43,206 nt of DNA from a virus. Below, in pieces: positions 43,000 to 43,206 of this stretch. Position 1 is the stretch's first letter; each line of letters opens with the position of its first letter. The stretch is taken from positions 1 through 43,206 of the IMG/VR virus record IMGVR_UViG_3300033153_003239; one strand, written 5' to 3'. The notes below the pieces were generated by a model. The model had not been told where the DNA came from, made no database searches, and worked only from the letters and a program-made list of their open reading frames with translations. The translations under genes were made by a program, and so were the position numbers.

Positions 43000-43206
43000 C
43001 TCTTTGGTCGCCCTTAACTATTTGGTCGCCCTCAACTCTTTGGTCGCCCTTAACTATTTGGTAGCCCTCAACTCTTTGGTCGCCCTCAACTCTTTGGTCG
43101 CCCTTAACTATTTGGTCGCCCTCAACTCTTTGGTAGCCCTTAACTATTTGGTCGCCCTCAACTATTTGGTCGCCCTTAACTATTTGGTAGCCCTTAACTC
43201 TTTGGT
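42968..43206 (-). CDS. Continuation of the repeat-protein ORF that starts at 349. It terminates at TAA 42970-42968, just after the truncated repeat unit.
   Basis: The frame is conserved across the junction because 43128 is divisible by 3. Reads ...DQRVEGYQRVPKS*. The joined ORF is 169 aa. Confidence 0.65.
   Translation of the reverse strand, partial: QRVKGYQIVKGDQIVEGDQIVKGYQRVEGDQIVKGDQRVEGDQRVEGYQIVKGDQRVEGDQIVKGDQRVEGYQRVPKS
43129..43206. repeat. Terminal duplication: the last 78 nt are identical to nt 1-78
   Basis: Base-by-base comparison of both ends. Confidence 0.95.

Larger units (their letters stand above)
42708..43206. repeat. Tandem 18-bp repeat array: one 15-bp partial unit, 26 full units and one 10-bp truncated unit at 42975-42984
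   Basis: Read directly. Same unit and same three biallelic positions as 1-234. Confidence 0.97.

Noticed and set aside
42708-43206. The 18-bp array as a CRISPR array
   Set aside because: Units are directly adjacent with no spacers, are far shorter than CRISPR repeats, and lie inside an ORF.

Overview
The window reads as a complete, circularly closed phage genome. Its first 78 nt are identical to its last 78 nt, so the unique length is about 43.1 kb. It is low-GC and has a T7-like podovirus virion module, but no phage RNA polymerase ORF. There are two divergent arms. The plus arm (8147-30430) carries, in order: portal, scaffold, capsid, head fibre, adaptor, nozzle, tail fibre, lysis genes, second fibre, three internal-core proteins, small terminase and large terminase. 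The minus arm runs 8108 -> 1 -> (wrap) 43206 -> 30427 and carries early and replication genes. These include many micro-ORFs, a CobS/MoxR-like AAA+ ATPase, a PrimPol-SF3 helicase, a Cas4-like PD-(D/E)XK nuclease, a DUF2815-type SSB, a family-B DNA polymerase, a methyltransferase-fold protein, an SNF2 helicase and a VRR-NUC nuclease. Spanins and strong AGGAG-type Shine-Dalgarno sites suggest a low-GC Gram-negative host. The most unusual feature is a minus-strand gene spanning the window junction. It is built from about 35 near-identical 18-bp (hexapeptide) repeats in which only three positions vary, each with two alleles, and one 10-bp truncated unit breaks the frame. Other points of interest: two large non-coding regions with dense iteron families, including seven DnaA-box-like 11-mers; orientation-specific C(UNCG)G hairpins sharing an exact downstream 12-mer on both arms; mutually exclusive long helices upstream of the primase gene; and a cassette of single-pass membrane micro-proteins. 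All functional calls come from reading motifs and synteny. No database search was run.
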